A stretch of DNA of 64,000 nucleotides from the NCBI GenBank assembly GCA_964035545.1, contig CAXIUT010000103.1, positions 620,001-684,000 on the forward strand. The letters are read 5' to 3'. The stretch's first letter is position 1; each line of letters starts with the position of its first letter. Below, piece by piece: positions 35,601 through 50,600 of the stretch. The notes beneath the pieces are model-generated. The model saw only the letters and a program-made list of their open reading frames with translations. It did no database searches and was not told the origin of the DNA. The position numbers and the translations under genes were made by a program. The DNA is from Bugula neritina (Eukaryota; Animalia; Bryozoa).

Positions 35601-38600
35601 TTCATATTAAAAGAGAAAGCTCATCTGCAGCGCCATTTCACAGTGTTTTATTTTGCTAGAGCAATAACTAATTTTAGATGCCTTTGCAAACATATGAGAA
35701 ATAAATGAGTGATTCTATGAAAAGAGGTGTTTGCAGCAATTGTCCACTTTTGATTTACAAGCGGCATGGAAACTTTTGTAGTTTTAAATAGTATCTCCAA
35801 ACTCATCACTTGCATGTGTTTATAGACTTGATAAATTTTTTTATGCAAAACTTGATGCCTGCTTCAAAGACACCAGTGCTTAATTACTGTGTTAACTGTA
35901 TTGGCACGTTGCCATGAGATATTTGGTAATATTTCGCATCACAACAAACTCTTCAGAAAGTTAAGAAAATCAGTCTAGAAAGTTAATGAAATAAACCTAC
36001 CAGAAAGAGTAAGCCAGATGTAACAAGTAGATCCAAAACAAGTTGATTAACAATTGAAGTTGAAATCTCCATGTAGTCAACACTTTAGTCCTAATGTCAA
36101 ATGCAAACGTCTGCAATCAAACTGTGTAGACTTCATGAGCTGGTTAGCTGAAAGGACTCATTAAAGTTCTTAACTCTTGTGTGTATAGTGATGCCCATCT
36201 TGAACTAGAGAGGGCTGACTGAAGACTGCTACTTTGTGAAAATTGACAATGCATATTATTATTATTCATTGTTGAGATTCACGACTGCCATAAACAATGA
36301 TAAAATATTCATTGTTGGTACTACTGAGTAGAATAAAATATAATATAATATTATTTTCTGGACAAATAAATAATATCAAATGCATATTATAATTTACCAT
36401 AAATCTACAGTGCTTCACATCTTCACTTTTTTCTGCAATGTTATTTCTTTGCAGTTAGAAGTACTAGTTGAAAATATGACTATGAAACATAACCCTTCAA
36501 TTTCATTGCACCAGCACCAGTTGCAAGATAGGTGTGTTGGGCGTTATCTTTCCCAAAATTTTGTTCTTTGTGTTTATACGAAGCAGACACAGGCTAATAT
36601 TAGTTTTGTTATTTGCAAGAGTTTTTCTGTCTGATTGTCCATCAGCAAAAGTTTGGCCTTGCAGTTATTATGGAAATACCATTGATGCTGGAAGACCTTT
36701 GCATTGTACACCCGCTTTTACTATTGAATTTAGATGTTTTATTTTCCCATCCCCTCTCCTGCCCCCCCTGTCCCCTCTAACAACCAGCAATCCTGACTCA
36801 TGTGAATTGTGTTATTGTTCTAGAGTTGGCCCATGGGCCTACAGTATACGATTTGAAGCTTTATAGTTTACAGGCAGTGGAGATGAGTCACTGCTAAAAC
36901 CCATTTTGTTAGTAGACTATTTTGCTCTTCAATCATCAGTTTTCATATTAAAAGAGAAAGCTCATCTGCAGCGCCATTTCACAGTGTTGTATTTTGCTAG
37001 AGCAATAACTAATTTTAGATGCCTTTGCAAACATATGAGAAATAAATGAGTCATTCTATGAAAAGAGGTGTTTGCAGCAATTGTCCACTTTTGATTTACA
37101 AGCGGCATGGAAACTTTTGTAGTTTTAAATAATATCTCCAAACTCATCACTTGCATGTGTTTATAGACTTGATAAATTTTTTTATGCAAAACTTGATGCC
37201 TGCTTCAAAGACACCAGTGCTTAATTACTGTGTTAACTGTATTGGCACGTTGCCATGAGATATTTGGTAATATTTCGCATCACAACAAACTCTTCAGAAA
37301 GTTAAGAAAATCAGTCTAGAATGTTAATGAAATAAACCTACCAGAAAGAGTAAGCCAGATGTAATAAGTAGATCCAAAACAAGTTGATTAACAATTGAAG
37401 TTGAAATCTCCATGTAGTCAACACTTTAGTCCTAATGTCAAATGCAAACGTCTGCAATCAAACTGTGTAGACTTCATGAGCTGGTTAGCTGAAAGGACTC
37501 ATTAAAGTTCTTAACTCTTGTGTGTATAGTGATGCCCATCTTGAACTAGAGAGGGCTGACTGAAGACTGCTACTTTGTGAAAATTGACAATGCATATTAT
37601 TATTATTCATTGTTGAGATTCACGACTGCCATAAACAATGATAAAATATTCATTGTTGGTACTACTGAGTAGAATAAAATATAATATAATATTATTTTCT
37701 GGACAAATAAATAATATCAAATGCATATTATAATTTACCATAAATCTACAGTGCTTCACATCTTCACTTTTTTCTGCAATGTTATTTCTTTGCAGTTAGA
37801 AGTACTAGTTGAAAATATGACTATGAAACATAACCCTTCAATTTCATTGCACCAGCACCAGTTGCAAGATAGGTGTGTTGGGCGTTATCTTTCCCAAAAT
37901 TTTGTTCTTTGTGTTTATACGAAGCAGACACAGGCTAATATTAGTTTTGTTATTTGCAAGAGTTTTTCTGTCTGATTGTCCATCAGCAAAAGTTTGGCCT
38001 TGCAGTTATTATGGAAATACCATTGATGCTGGAAGACCTTTGCATTGTACACCCGCTTTTACTATTGAATTTAGATGTTTTATTTTCCCATCCCCTCTCC
38101 TGCCCCCCCTGTCCCCTCTAACAACCAGCAATCCTGACTCATGTGAATTGTGTTATTGTTCTAGAGTTGGCCCATGGGCCTACAGTATACGATTTGAAGC
38201 TTTATAGTTTACAGGCAGTGGAGATGAGTCACTGCTAAAACCCATTTTGTTAGTAGACTATTTTGCTCTTCAATCATCAGTTTTCATATTAAAAGAGAAA
38301 GCTCATCTGCAGCGCCATTTCACAGTGTTGTATTTTGCTAGAGCAATAACTAATTTTAGATGCCTTTGCAAACATATGAGAAATAAATGAGTCATTCTAT
38401 GAAAAGAGGTGTTTGCAGCAATTGTCCACTTTTGATTTACAAGCGGCATGGAAACTTTTGTAGTTTTAAATAATATCTCCAAACTCATCACTTGCATGTG
38501 TTTATAGACTTGATAAATTTTTTTATGCAAAACTTGATGCCTGCTTCAAAGACACCAGTGCTTAATTACTGTGTTAACTGTATTGGCACGTTGCCATGAG

Positions 38601-41600
38601 ATATTTGGTAATATTTCGCATCACAACAAACTCTTCAGAAAGTTAAGAAAATCAGTCTAGAATGTTAATGAAATAAACCTACCAGAAAGAGTAAGCCAGA
38701 TGTAATAAGTAGATCCAAAACAAGTTGATTAACAATTGAAGTTGAAATCTCCATGTAGTCAACACTTTAGTCCTAATGTCAAATGCAAACGTCTGCAATC
38801 AAACTGTGTAGACTTCATGAGCTGGTTAGCTGAAAGGACTCATTAAAGTTCTTAACTCTTGTGTGTATAGTGATGCCCATCTTGAACTAGAGAGGGCTGA
38901 CTGAAGACTGCTACTTTGTGAAAATTGACAATGCATATTATTATTATTCATTGTTGAGATTCACGACTGCCATAAACAATGATAAAATATTCATTGTTGG
39001 TACTACTGAGTAGAATAAAATATAATATAATATTATTTTCTGGACAAATAAATAATATCAAATGCATATTATAATTTACCATAAATCTACAGTGCTTCAC
39101 ATCTTCACTTTTTTCTGGAATGTTATTTCTTTGCAGTTAGAAGTACTAGTTGAAAATATGACTATGAAACATAACCCTTCAATTTCATTGCACCAGCACC
39201 AGTTGCAAGATAGGTGTGTTGGGCGTTATCTTTCCCAAAATTTTGTTCTTTGTGTTTATACGAAGCAGACACAGGCTAATATTAGTTTTGTTATTTGCAA
39301 GAGTTTTTCTGTCTGATTGTCCATCAGCAAAAGTTTGGCCTTGCAGTTATTATGGAAATACCATTGATGCTGGAAGACCTTTGCATTGTACACCCGCTTT
39401 TACTATTGAATTTAGATGTTTTATTTTCCCATCCCCTCTCCTGCCCCCCCTGTCCCCTCTAACAACCAGCAATCCTGACTCATGTGAATTGTGTTATTGT
39501 TCTAGAGTTGGCCCATGGGCCTACAGTATACGATTTGAAGCTTTATAGTTTACAGGCAGTGGAGATGAGTCACTGCTAAAACCCATTTTGTTAGTAGACT
39601 ATTTTGCTCTTCAATCATCAGTTTTCATATTAAAAGAGAAAGCTCATCTGCAGCGCCATTTCACAGTGTTATATTTTGCTAGAGCAATAACTAATTTTAG
39701 ATGCCTTTGCAAACATATGAGAAATAAATGAGTCATTCTATGAAAAGAGGTGTTTGCAGCAATTGTCCACTTTTGATTTACAAGCGGCATGGAAACTTTT
39801 GTAGTTTTAAATAATATCTCCAAACTCATCACTTGCATGTGTTTATAGACTTGATAAATTTTTTTGTGCAAAACTTGATGCCTGCTTCAAAGACACCAGT
39901 GCTTAATTACTGTGTTAACTGTATTGGCACGTTGCCATGAGATATTTGGTAATATTTCGCATCACAACAAACTCTTCAGAAAGTTAAGAAAATCAGTCTA
40001 GAAAGTTAATGAAATAAACCTACCAGAAAGAGTAAGCCAGATGTAATAAGTAGATCCAAAACAAGTTGATTAACAATTGAAGTTGAAATCTCCATGTAGT
40101 CAACACTTTAGTCCTAATGTCAAATGCAAACGTCTGCAATCAAACTGTGTAGACTTCATGAGCTGGTTAGCTGAAAGGACTCATTAAAGTTCTTAACTCT
40201 TGTGTGTATAGTGATGCCCATCCTGAACTAGAGAGGGCTGACTGAAGACTGCTACTTTGTGAAAATTGACAATGCATATTATTATTATTCATTGTTGAGA
40301 TTCACGACTGCCATAAACAATGATAAAATATTCATTGTTGGTAGTACTGAGTAGAATAAAATATAATATAATATTATTTTCTGGACAAATAAATAATATC
40401 AAATGCATATTATAACTTACCATAAATCTACTGTGCTTCACATCTTCACCTTTTTCTGCAATGTTATTTCTTTGCAGTTAGAAGTACTAGTTGAAAATAT
40501 GACTATGAAACATAACCCTTCAATTTCATTGCACCAGCACCAGTTGCAAGATAGGTGTGTTGGGAGTTATCTTTCCCAAAATTTTGTTCTTGGTGTTTAT
40601 ACGAAGCAGACACAGGCTAATATTAGTTTTGTTATTTGTAAGAGTTTTTCTGTCTGATTGTCCATCAGCAAAAGTTTGGCCTTGCAGTTATTATGGAAAT
40701 ACCATTGATGCTGGAAGACCTTTGCATTGTACACCCGCTTTTACTATTGAATTTAGATGTTTTATTTTCCCATCCCCTCTCCTGCCCCCCCCTGTCCCCT
40801 CTAACAACCAGCAATCCTGACTCATGTGAATTGTGTTATTGTTCTAGAGTTGGCCCATGGGCCTACAGTATACGATTTGAAGCTTTATAGTTTACAGGCA
40901 GTGGAGATGAGTCACTGCTAAAACCCATTTTGTTAGTAGACTATTTTGCTCTTCAATCATCAGTTTTCATATTAAAAGAGAAAGCTCATCTGCAGCGCCA
41001 TTTCACAGTGTTTTATTTTGCTAGAGCAATAACTAATTTTAGATGCCTTTGCAAACATATGAGAAATAAATGAGTGATTCTATGAAAAGAGGTGTTTGCA
41101 GCAATTGTCCACTTTTGATTTACAAGCGGCATGGAAACTTTTGTAGTTTTAAATAGTATCTCCAAACTCATCACTTGCATGTGTTTATAGACTTGATAAA
41201 TTTTTTTATGCAAAACTTGATGCCTGCTTCAAAGACACCAGTGCTTAATTACTGTGTTAACTGTATTGGCACGTTGCCATGAGATATTTGGTAATATTTC
41301 GCATCACAACAAACTCTTCAGAAAGTTAAGAAAATCAGTCTAGAAAGTTAATGAAATAAACCTACCAGAAAGAGTAAGCCAGATGTAACAAGTAGATCCA
41401 AAACAAGTTGATTAACAATTGAAGTTGAAATCTCCATGTAGTCAACACTTTAGTCCTAATGTCAAATGCAAACGTCTGCAATCAAACTGTGTAGACTTCA
41501 TGAGCTGGTTAGCTGAAAGGACTCATTAAAGTTCTTAACTCTTGTGTGTATAGTGATGCCCATCTTGAACTAGAGAGGGCTGACTGAAGACTGCTACTTT

Positions 41601-44600
41601 GTGAAAATTGACAATGCATATTATTATTATTCATTGTTGAGATTCACGACTGCCATAAACAATGATAAAATATTCATTGTTGGTACTACTGAGTAGAATA
41701 AAATATAATATAATATTATTTTCTGGACAAATAAATAATATCAAATGCATATTATAATTTACCATAAATCTACAGTGCTTCACATCTTCACTTTTTTCTG
41801 CAATGTTATTTCTTTGCAGTTAGAAGTACTAGTTGAAAATATGACTATGAAACATAACCCTTCAATTTCATTGCACCAGCACCAGTTGCAAGATAGGTGT
41901 GTTGGGCGTTATCTTTCCCAAAATTTTGTTCTTTGTGTTTATACGAAGCAGACACAGGCTAATATTAGTTTTGTTATTTGCAAGAGTTTTTCTGTCTGAT
42001 TGTCCATCAGCAAAAGTTTGGCCTTGCAGTTATTATGGAAATACCATTGATGCTGGAAGACCTTTGCATTGTACACCCGCTTTTACTATTGAATTTAGAT
42101 GTTTTATTTTCCCATCCCCTCTCCTGCCCCCCCTGTCCCCTCTAACAACCAGCAATCCTGACTCATGTGAATTGTGTTATTGTTCTAGAGTTGGCCCATG
42201 GGCCTACAGTATACGATTTGAAGCTTTATAGTTTACAGGCAGTGGAGATGAGTCACTGCTAAAACCCATTTTGTTAGTAGACTATTTTGCTCTTCAATCA
42301 TCAGTTTTCATATTAAAAGAGAAAGCTCATCTGCAGCGCCATTTCACAGTGTTGTATTTTGCTAGAGCAATAACTAATTTTAGATGCCTTTGCAAACATA
42401 TGAGAAATAAATGAGTCATTCTATGAAAAGAGGTGTTTGCAGCAATTGTCCACTTTTGATTTACAAGCGGCATGGAAACTTTTGTAGTTTTAAATAATAT
42501 CTCCAAACTCATCACTTGCATGTGTTTATAGACTTGATAAATTTTTTTATGCAAAACTTGATGCCTGCTTCAAAGACACCAGTGCTTAATTACTGTGTTA
42601 ACTGTATTGGCACGTTGCCATGAGATATTTGGTAATATTTCGCATCACAACAAACTCTTCAGAAAGTTAAGAAAATCAGTCTAGAATGTTAATGAAATAA
42701 ACCTACCAGAAAGAGTAAGCCAGATGTAATAAGTAGATCCAAAACAAGTTGATTAACAATTGAAGTTGAAATCTCCATGTAGTCAACACTTTAGTCCTAA
42801 TGTCAAATGCAAACGTCTGCAATCAAACTGTGTAGACTTCATGAGCTGGTTAGCTGAAAGGACTCATTAAAGTTCTTAACTCTTGTGTGTATAGTGATGC
42901 CCATCTTGAACTAGAGAGGGCTGACTGAAGACTGCTACTTTGTGAAAATTGACAATGCATATTATTATTATTCATTGTTGAGATTCACGACTGCCATAAA
43001 CAATGATAAAATATTCATTGTTGGTAGTACTGAGTAGAATAAAATATAATATAATATTATTTTCTGGACAAATAAATAATATCAAATGCATATTATAACT
43101 TACCATAAATCTACTGTGCTTCACATCTTCACCTTTTTCTGCAATGTTATTTCTTTGCAGTTAGAAGTACTAGTTGAAAATATGACTATGAAACATAACC
43201 CTTCAATTTCATTGCACCAGCACCAGTTGCAAGATAGGTGTGTTGGGAGTTATCTTTCCCAAAATTTTGTTCTTGGTGTTTATACGAAGCAGACACAGGC
43301 TAATATTAGTTTTGTTATTTGTAAGAGTTTTTCTGTCTGATTGTCCATCAGCAAAAGTTTGGCCTTGCAGTTATTATGGAAATACCATTGATGCTGGAAG
43401 ACCTTTGCATTGTACACCCGCTTTTACTATTGAATTTAGATGTTTTATTTTCCCATCCCCTCTCCTGCCCCCCCCCTGTCCCCTCTAACAACCAGCAATC
43501 CTGACTCATGTGAATTGTGTTATTGTTCTAGAGTTGGCCCATGGGCCTACAGTATACGATTTGAAGCTTTATAGTTTACAGGCAGTGGAGATGAGTCACT
43601 GCTAAAACCCATTTTGTTAGTAGACTATTTTGCTCTTCAATCATCAGTTTTCATATTAAAAGAGAAAGCTCATCTGCAGCGCCATTTCACAGTGTTTTAT
43701 TTTGCTAGAGCAATAACTAATTTTAGATGCCTTTGCAAACATATGAGAAATAAATGAGTGATTCTATGAAAAGAGGTGTTTGCAGCAATTGTCCACTTTT
43801 GATTTACAAGCGGCATGGAAACTTTTGTAGTTTTAAATAGTATCTCCAAACTCATCACTTGCATGTGTTTATAGACTTGATAAATTTTTTTATGCAAAAC
43901 TTGATGCCTGCTTCAAAGACACCAGTGCTTAATTACTGTGTTAACTGTATTGGCACGTTGCCATGAGATATTTGGTAATATTTCGCATCACAACAAACTC
44001 TTCAGAAAGTTAAGAAAATCAGTCTAGAAAGTTAATGAAATAAACCTACCAGAAAGAGTAAGCCAGATGTAACAAGTAGATCCAAAACAAGTTGATTAAC
44101 AATTGAAGTTGAAATCTCCATGTAGTCAACACTTTAGTCCTAATGTCAAATGCAAACGTCTGCAATCAAACTGTGTAGACTTCATGAGCTGGTTAGCTGA
44201 AAGGACTCATTAAAGTTCTTAACTCTTGTGTGTATAGTGATGCCCATCTTGAACTAGAGAGGGCTGACTGAAGACTGCTACTTTGTGAAAATTGACAATG
44301 CATATTATTATTATTCATTGTTGAGATTCACGACTGCCATAAACAATGATAAAATATTCATTGTTGGTACTACTGAGTAGAATAAAATATAATATAATAT
44401 TATTTTCTGGACAAATAAATAATATCAAATGCATATTATAATTTACCATAAATCTACAGTGCTTCACATCTTCACTTTTTTCTGCAATGTTATTTCTTTG
44501 GAGTTAGAAGTACTAGTTGAAAATATGACTATGAAACATAACCCTTCAATTTCATTGCACCAGCACCAGTTGCGAGATAGGTGTGTTGGGCGTTATCTTT

Positions 44601-47600
44601 CCCAAAATTTTGTTCTTTGTGTTTATACGAAGCAGACACAGGCTAATATTAGTTTTGTTATTTGCAAGAGTTTTTCTGTCTGATTGTCCATCAGCAAAAG
44701 TTTGGCCTTGCAGTTATTATGGAAATACCATTGATGCTGGAAGACCTTTGCATTGTACACCCGCTTTTACTATTGAATTTAGATGTTTTATTTTCCCATC
44801 CCCTCTCCTGCCCCCCCTGTCCCCTCTAACAACCAGCAATCCTGACTCATGTGAATTGTGTTATTGTTCTAGAGTTGGCCCATGGGCCTACAGTATACGA
44901 TTTGAAGCTTTATAGTTTACAGGCAGTGGAGATGAGTCACTGCTAAAACCCATTTTGTTAGTAGACTATTTTGCTCTTCAATCATCAGTTTTCATATTAA
45001 AAGAGAAAGCTCATCTGCAGCGCCATTTCACAGTGTTATATTTTGCTAGAGCAATAACTAATTTTAGATGCCTTTGCAAACATATGAGAAATAAATGAGT
45101 CATTCTATGAAAAGAGGTGTTTGCAGCAATTGTCCACTTTTGATTTACAAGCGGCATGGAAACTTTTGTAGTTTTAAATAATATCTCCAAACTCATCACT
45201 TGCATGTGTTTATAGACTTGATAAATTTTTTTGTGCAAAACTTGATGCCTGCTTCAAAGACACCAGTGCTTAATTACTGTGTTAACTGTATTGGCACGTT
45301 GCCATGAGATATTTGGTAATATTTCGCATCACAACAAACTCTTCAGAAAGTTAAGAAAATCAGTCTAGAAAGTTAATGAAATAAACCTACCAGAAAGAGT
45401 AAGCCAGATGTAATAAGTAGATCCAAAACAAGTTGATTAACAATTGAAGTTGAAATCTCCATGTAGTCAACACTTTAGTCCTAATGTCAAATGCAAACGT
45501 CTGCAATCAAACTGTGTAGACTTCATGAGCTGGTTAGCTGAAAGGACTCATTAAAGTTCTTAACTCTTGTGTGTATAGTGATGCCCATCCTGAACTAGAG
45601 AGGGCTGACTGAAGACTGCTACTTTGTGAAAATTGACAATGCATATTATTATTATTCATTGTTGAGATTCACGACTGCCATAAACAATGATAAAATATTC
45701 ATTGTTGGTAGTACTGAGTAGAATAAAATATAATATAATATTATTTTCTGGACAAATAAATAATATCAAATGCATATTATAACTTACCATAAATCTACTG
45801 TGCTTCACATCTTCACCTTTTTCTGCAATGTTATTTCTTTGCAGTTAGAAGTACTAGTTGAAAATATGACTATGAAACATAACCCTTCAATTTCATTGCA
45901 CCAGCACCAGTTGCAAGATAGGTGTGTTGGGAGTTATCTTTCCCAAAATTTTGTTCTTTGTGTTTATACGAAGCAGACACAGGCTAATATTAGTTTTGTT
46001 ATTTGTAAGAGTTTTTCTGTCTGATTGTCCATCAGCAAAAGTTTGGCCTTGCAGTTATTATGGAAATACCATTGATGCTGGAAGACCTTTGCATTGTACA
46101 CCCGCTTTTACTATTGAATTTAGATGTTTTATTTTCCCATCCCCTCTCCTGCCCCCCCCTGTCCCCTCTAACAACCAGCAATCCTGACTCATGTGAATTG
46201 TGTTATTGTTCTAGAGTTGGCCCATGGGCCTACAGTATACGATTTGAAGCTTTATAGTTTACAGGCAGTGGAGATGAGTCACTGCTAAAACCCATTTTGT
46301 TAGTAGACTATTTTGCTCTTCAATCATCAGTTTTCATATTAAAAGAGAAAGCTCATCTGCAGCGCCATTTCACAGTGTTTTATTTTGCTAGAGCAATAAC
46401 TAATTTTAGATGCCTTTGCAAACATATGAGAAATAAATGAGTGATTCTATGAAAAGAGGTGTTTGCAGCAATTGTCCACTTTTGATTTACAAGCGGCATG
46501 GAAACTTTTGTAGTTTTAAATAGTATCTCCAAACTCATCACTTGCATGTGTTTATAGACTTGATAAATTTTTTTATGCAAAACTTGATGCCTGCTTCAAA
46601 GACACCAGTGCTTAATTACTGTGTTAACTGTATTGGCACGTTGCCATGAGATATTTGGTAATATTTCGCATCACAACAAACTCTTCAGAAAGTTAAGAAA
46701 ATCAGTCTAGAAAGTTAATGAAATAAACCTACCAGAAAGAGTAAGCCAGATGTAACAAGTAGATCCAAAACAAGTTGATTAACAATTGAAGTTGAAATCT
46801 CCATGTAGTCAACACTTTAGTCCTAATGTCAAATGCAAACGTCTGCAATCAAACTGTGTAGACTTCATGAGCTGGTTAGCTGAAAGGACTCATTAAAGTT
46901 CTTAACTCTTGTGTGTATAGTGATGCCCATCTTGAACTAGAGAGGGCTGACTGAAGACTGCTACTTTGTGAAAATTGACAATGCATATTATTATTATTCA
47001 TTGTTGAGATTCACGACTGCCATAAACAATGATAAAATATTCATTGTTGGTACTACTGAGTAGAATAAAATATAATATAATATTATTTTCTGGACAAATA
47101 AATAATATCAAATGCATATTATAATTTACCATAAATCTACAGTGCTTCACATCTTCACTTTTTTCTGCAATGTTATTTCTTTGGAGTTAGAAGTACTAGT
47201 TGAAAATATGACTATGAAACATAACCCTTCAATTTCATTGCACCAGCACCAGTTGCAAGATAGGTGTGTTGGGCGTTATCTTTCCCAAAATTTTGTTCTT
47301 TGTGTTTATACGAAGCAGACACAGGCTAATATTAGTTTTGTTATTTGCAAGAGTTTTTCTGTCTGATTGTCCATCAGCAAAAGTTTGGCCTTGCAGTTAT
47401 TATGGAAATACCATTGATGCTGGAAGACCTTTGCATTGTACACCCGCTTTTACTATTGAATTTAGATGTTTTATTTTCCCATCCCCTCTCCTGCCCCCCC
47501 TGTCCCCTCTAACAACCAGCAATCCTGACTCATGTGAATTGTGTTATTGTTCTAGAGTTGGCCCATGGGCCTACAGTATACGATTTGAAGCTTTATAGTT

Positions 47601-50600
47601 TACAGGCAGTGGAGATGAGTCGCTGCTAAAACCCATTTTGTTAGTAGACTATATTGCTCTTCAATCATCAGTTTTCATATTAAAAGAGAAAGCTCATCTG
47701 CAGCGCCATTTCACAGTGTTTTATTTTGCTAGAGCAATAACTAATTTTAGATGCCTTTGCAAACATATGAGAAATAAATGAGTGATTCTATGAAAAGAGG
47801 TGTTTGCAGCAATTGTCCACTTTTGATTTACAAGCGGCATGGAAACTTTTGTAGTTTTAAATAATATCTCCAAACTCATCACTTGCATGTGTTTATAGAC
47901 TTGATAAATTTTTTTATGCAAAACTTGATGCCTGCTTCAAAGACACCAGTGCTTAATTACTGTGTTAACTGTATTGGCACGTTGCCATGAGATATTTGGT
48001 AATATTTCGCATCACAACAAACTCTTCAGAAAGTTAAGAAAATCAGTCTAGAAAGTTAATGAAATAAACCTACCAGAAAGAGTAAGCCAGATGTAACAAG
48101 TAGATCCAAAACAAGTTGATTAACAATTGAAGTTGAAATCTCCATGTAGTCAACACTTTAGTCCTAATGTCAAATGCAAACGTCTGCAATCAAACTGTGT
48201 AGACTTCATGAGCTGGTTAGCTGAAAGGACTCATTAAAGTTCTTAACTCTTGTGTGTATAGTGATGCCCATCTTGAACTAGAGAGGGCTGACTGAAGACT
48301 GCTACTTTGTGAAAATTGACAATGCATATTATTATTATTCATTGTTGAGATTCACGACTGCCATAAACAATGATAAAATATTCATTGTTGGTAGTACTGA
48401 GTAGAATAAAATATAATATAATATTATTTTCTGGACAAATAAATAATATCAAATGCATATTATAACTTACCATAAATCTACTGTGCTTCACATCTTCACC
48501 TTTTTCTGCAATGTTATTTCTTTGCAGTTAGAAGTACTAGTTGAAAATATGACTATGAAACATAACCCTTCAATTTCATTGCACCAGCACCAGTTGCAAG
48601 ATAGGTGTGTTGGGCGTTATCTTTCCCAAAATTTTGTTCTTTGTGTTTATACGAAGCAGACACAGGCTAATATTAGTTTTGTTATTTGCAAGAGTTTTTC
48701 TGTCTGATTGTCCATCAGCAAAAGTTTGGCCTTGCAGTTATTATGGAAATACCAGTGGTGCTGGAAGACCTTTGCATTGTACACCCGCTTTTACTATTGA
48801 ATTTAGATGTTTTATTTTCCCATCCCCTCTCCTGCCCCCCCTGTCCCCTCTAACAACCAGCAATCCTGACTCATGTGAATTGTGTTATTGTTCTAGAGTT
48901 GGCCCATGGGCCTACAGTATACGATTTGAAGCTTTATAGTTTACAGGCAGTGGAGATGAGTCACTGCTAAAACCCATTTTGTTAGTAGACTATATTGCTC
49001 TTCAATCATCAGTTTTCATATTAAAAGAGAAAGCTCATCTGCAGCGCCATTTCACAGTGTTTTATTTTGCTAGAGCAATAACTAATTTTAGATGCCTTTG
49101 CAAACATATGAGAAATAAATGAGTGATTCTATGAAAAGAGGTGTTTGCAGCAATTGTCCACTTTTGATTTACAAGCGGCATGGAAACTTTTGTAGTTTTA
49201 AATAATATCTCCAAACTCATCACTTGCATGTGTTTATAGACTTGATAAATTTTTTCATGCAAAACTTGATGCCTGCTTCAAAGACACCAGTGCTTAATTA
49301 CTGTGTTAACTGTATTGGCACGTTGCCATGAGATATTTGGTAATATTTCGCATCACAACAAACTCTTCAGAAAGTTAAGAAAATCAGTCTAGAAAGTTAA
49401 TGAAATAAACCTACCAGAAAGAGTAAGCCAGATGTAACAAGTAGATCCAAAACAAGTTGATTAACAATTGAAGTTGAAATCTCCATGTAGTCAACACTTT
49501 AGTCCTAATGTCAAATGCAAACGTCTGCAATCAAACTGTGTAGACTTCATGAGCTGGTTAGCTGAAAGGACTCATTAAAGTTCTTAACTCTTGTGTGTAT
49601 AGTGATGCCCATCTTGAACTAGAGAGGGCTGACTGAAGACTGCTACTTTGTGAAAATTGACAATGCATATTATTATTATTCATTGTTGAGATTCACGACT
49701 GCCATAAACAATGATAAAATATTCATTGTTGGTACTACTGAGTAGAATAAAATATAATATAATATTATTTTCTGGACAAATAAATAATATCAAATGCATA
49801 TTATAACTTACCATAAATCTACAGTGCTTCACATCTTCACTTTTTTCTGCAATGTTATTTCTTTGCAGTTAGAAGTACTAGTTGAAAATATGACTATGAA
49901 ACATAACCCTTCAATTTCATTGCACCAGCACCAGTTGCAAGATAGGTGTGTTGGGAGTTATCTTTTCCAAAATTTTGTTCTTTGTGTTTATACGAAACAG
50001 ACACAGGCTAATATTAGTTTTGTTATTTGTAAGAGTTTTTCTGTCTGATTGTCCATCAGCAAAAGTTTGGCCTTGCAGTTATTATGGAAATACCAGTGAT
50101 GCTGGAAGACCTTTGCATTGTACACCCGCTTTTACTATTGAATTTAGATGTTTTATTTTTCCATCCCCTCTCCTGCCCCCCCTGTCCCCTCTAACAACCA
50201 GCAATCCTGACTCATGTGAATTGTGTTATTGTTCTAGAGTTGGCCCATGGGCCTACAGTATACGATTTGAAGCTTTATAGTTTACAGGCAGTGGAGATGA
50301 GTCACTGCTAAAACCCATTTTGTTAGTAGACTATATTGCTCTTCAATCATCAGTTTTCATATTAAAAGAGAAAGCTCATCTGCAGCGCCATTTCACAGTG
50401 TTTTATTTTGCTAGAGCAATAACTAATTTTAGATGCCTTTGCAAACATATGAGAAATAAATGAGTGATTCTATGAAAAGAGGTGTTTGCAGCAATTGTCC
50501 ACTTTTGATTTACAAGCGGCATGGAAACTTTTGTAGTTTTAAATAATATCTCCAAACTCATCACTTGCATGTGTTTATAGACTTGATAAATTTTTTCATG

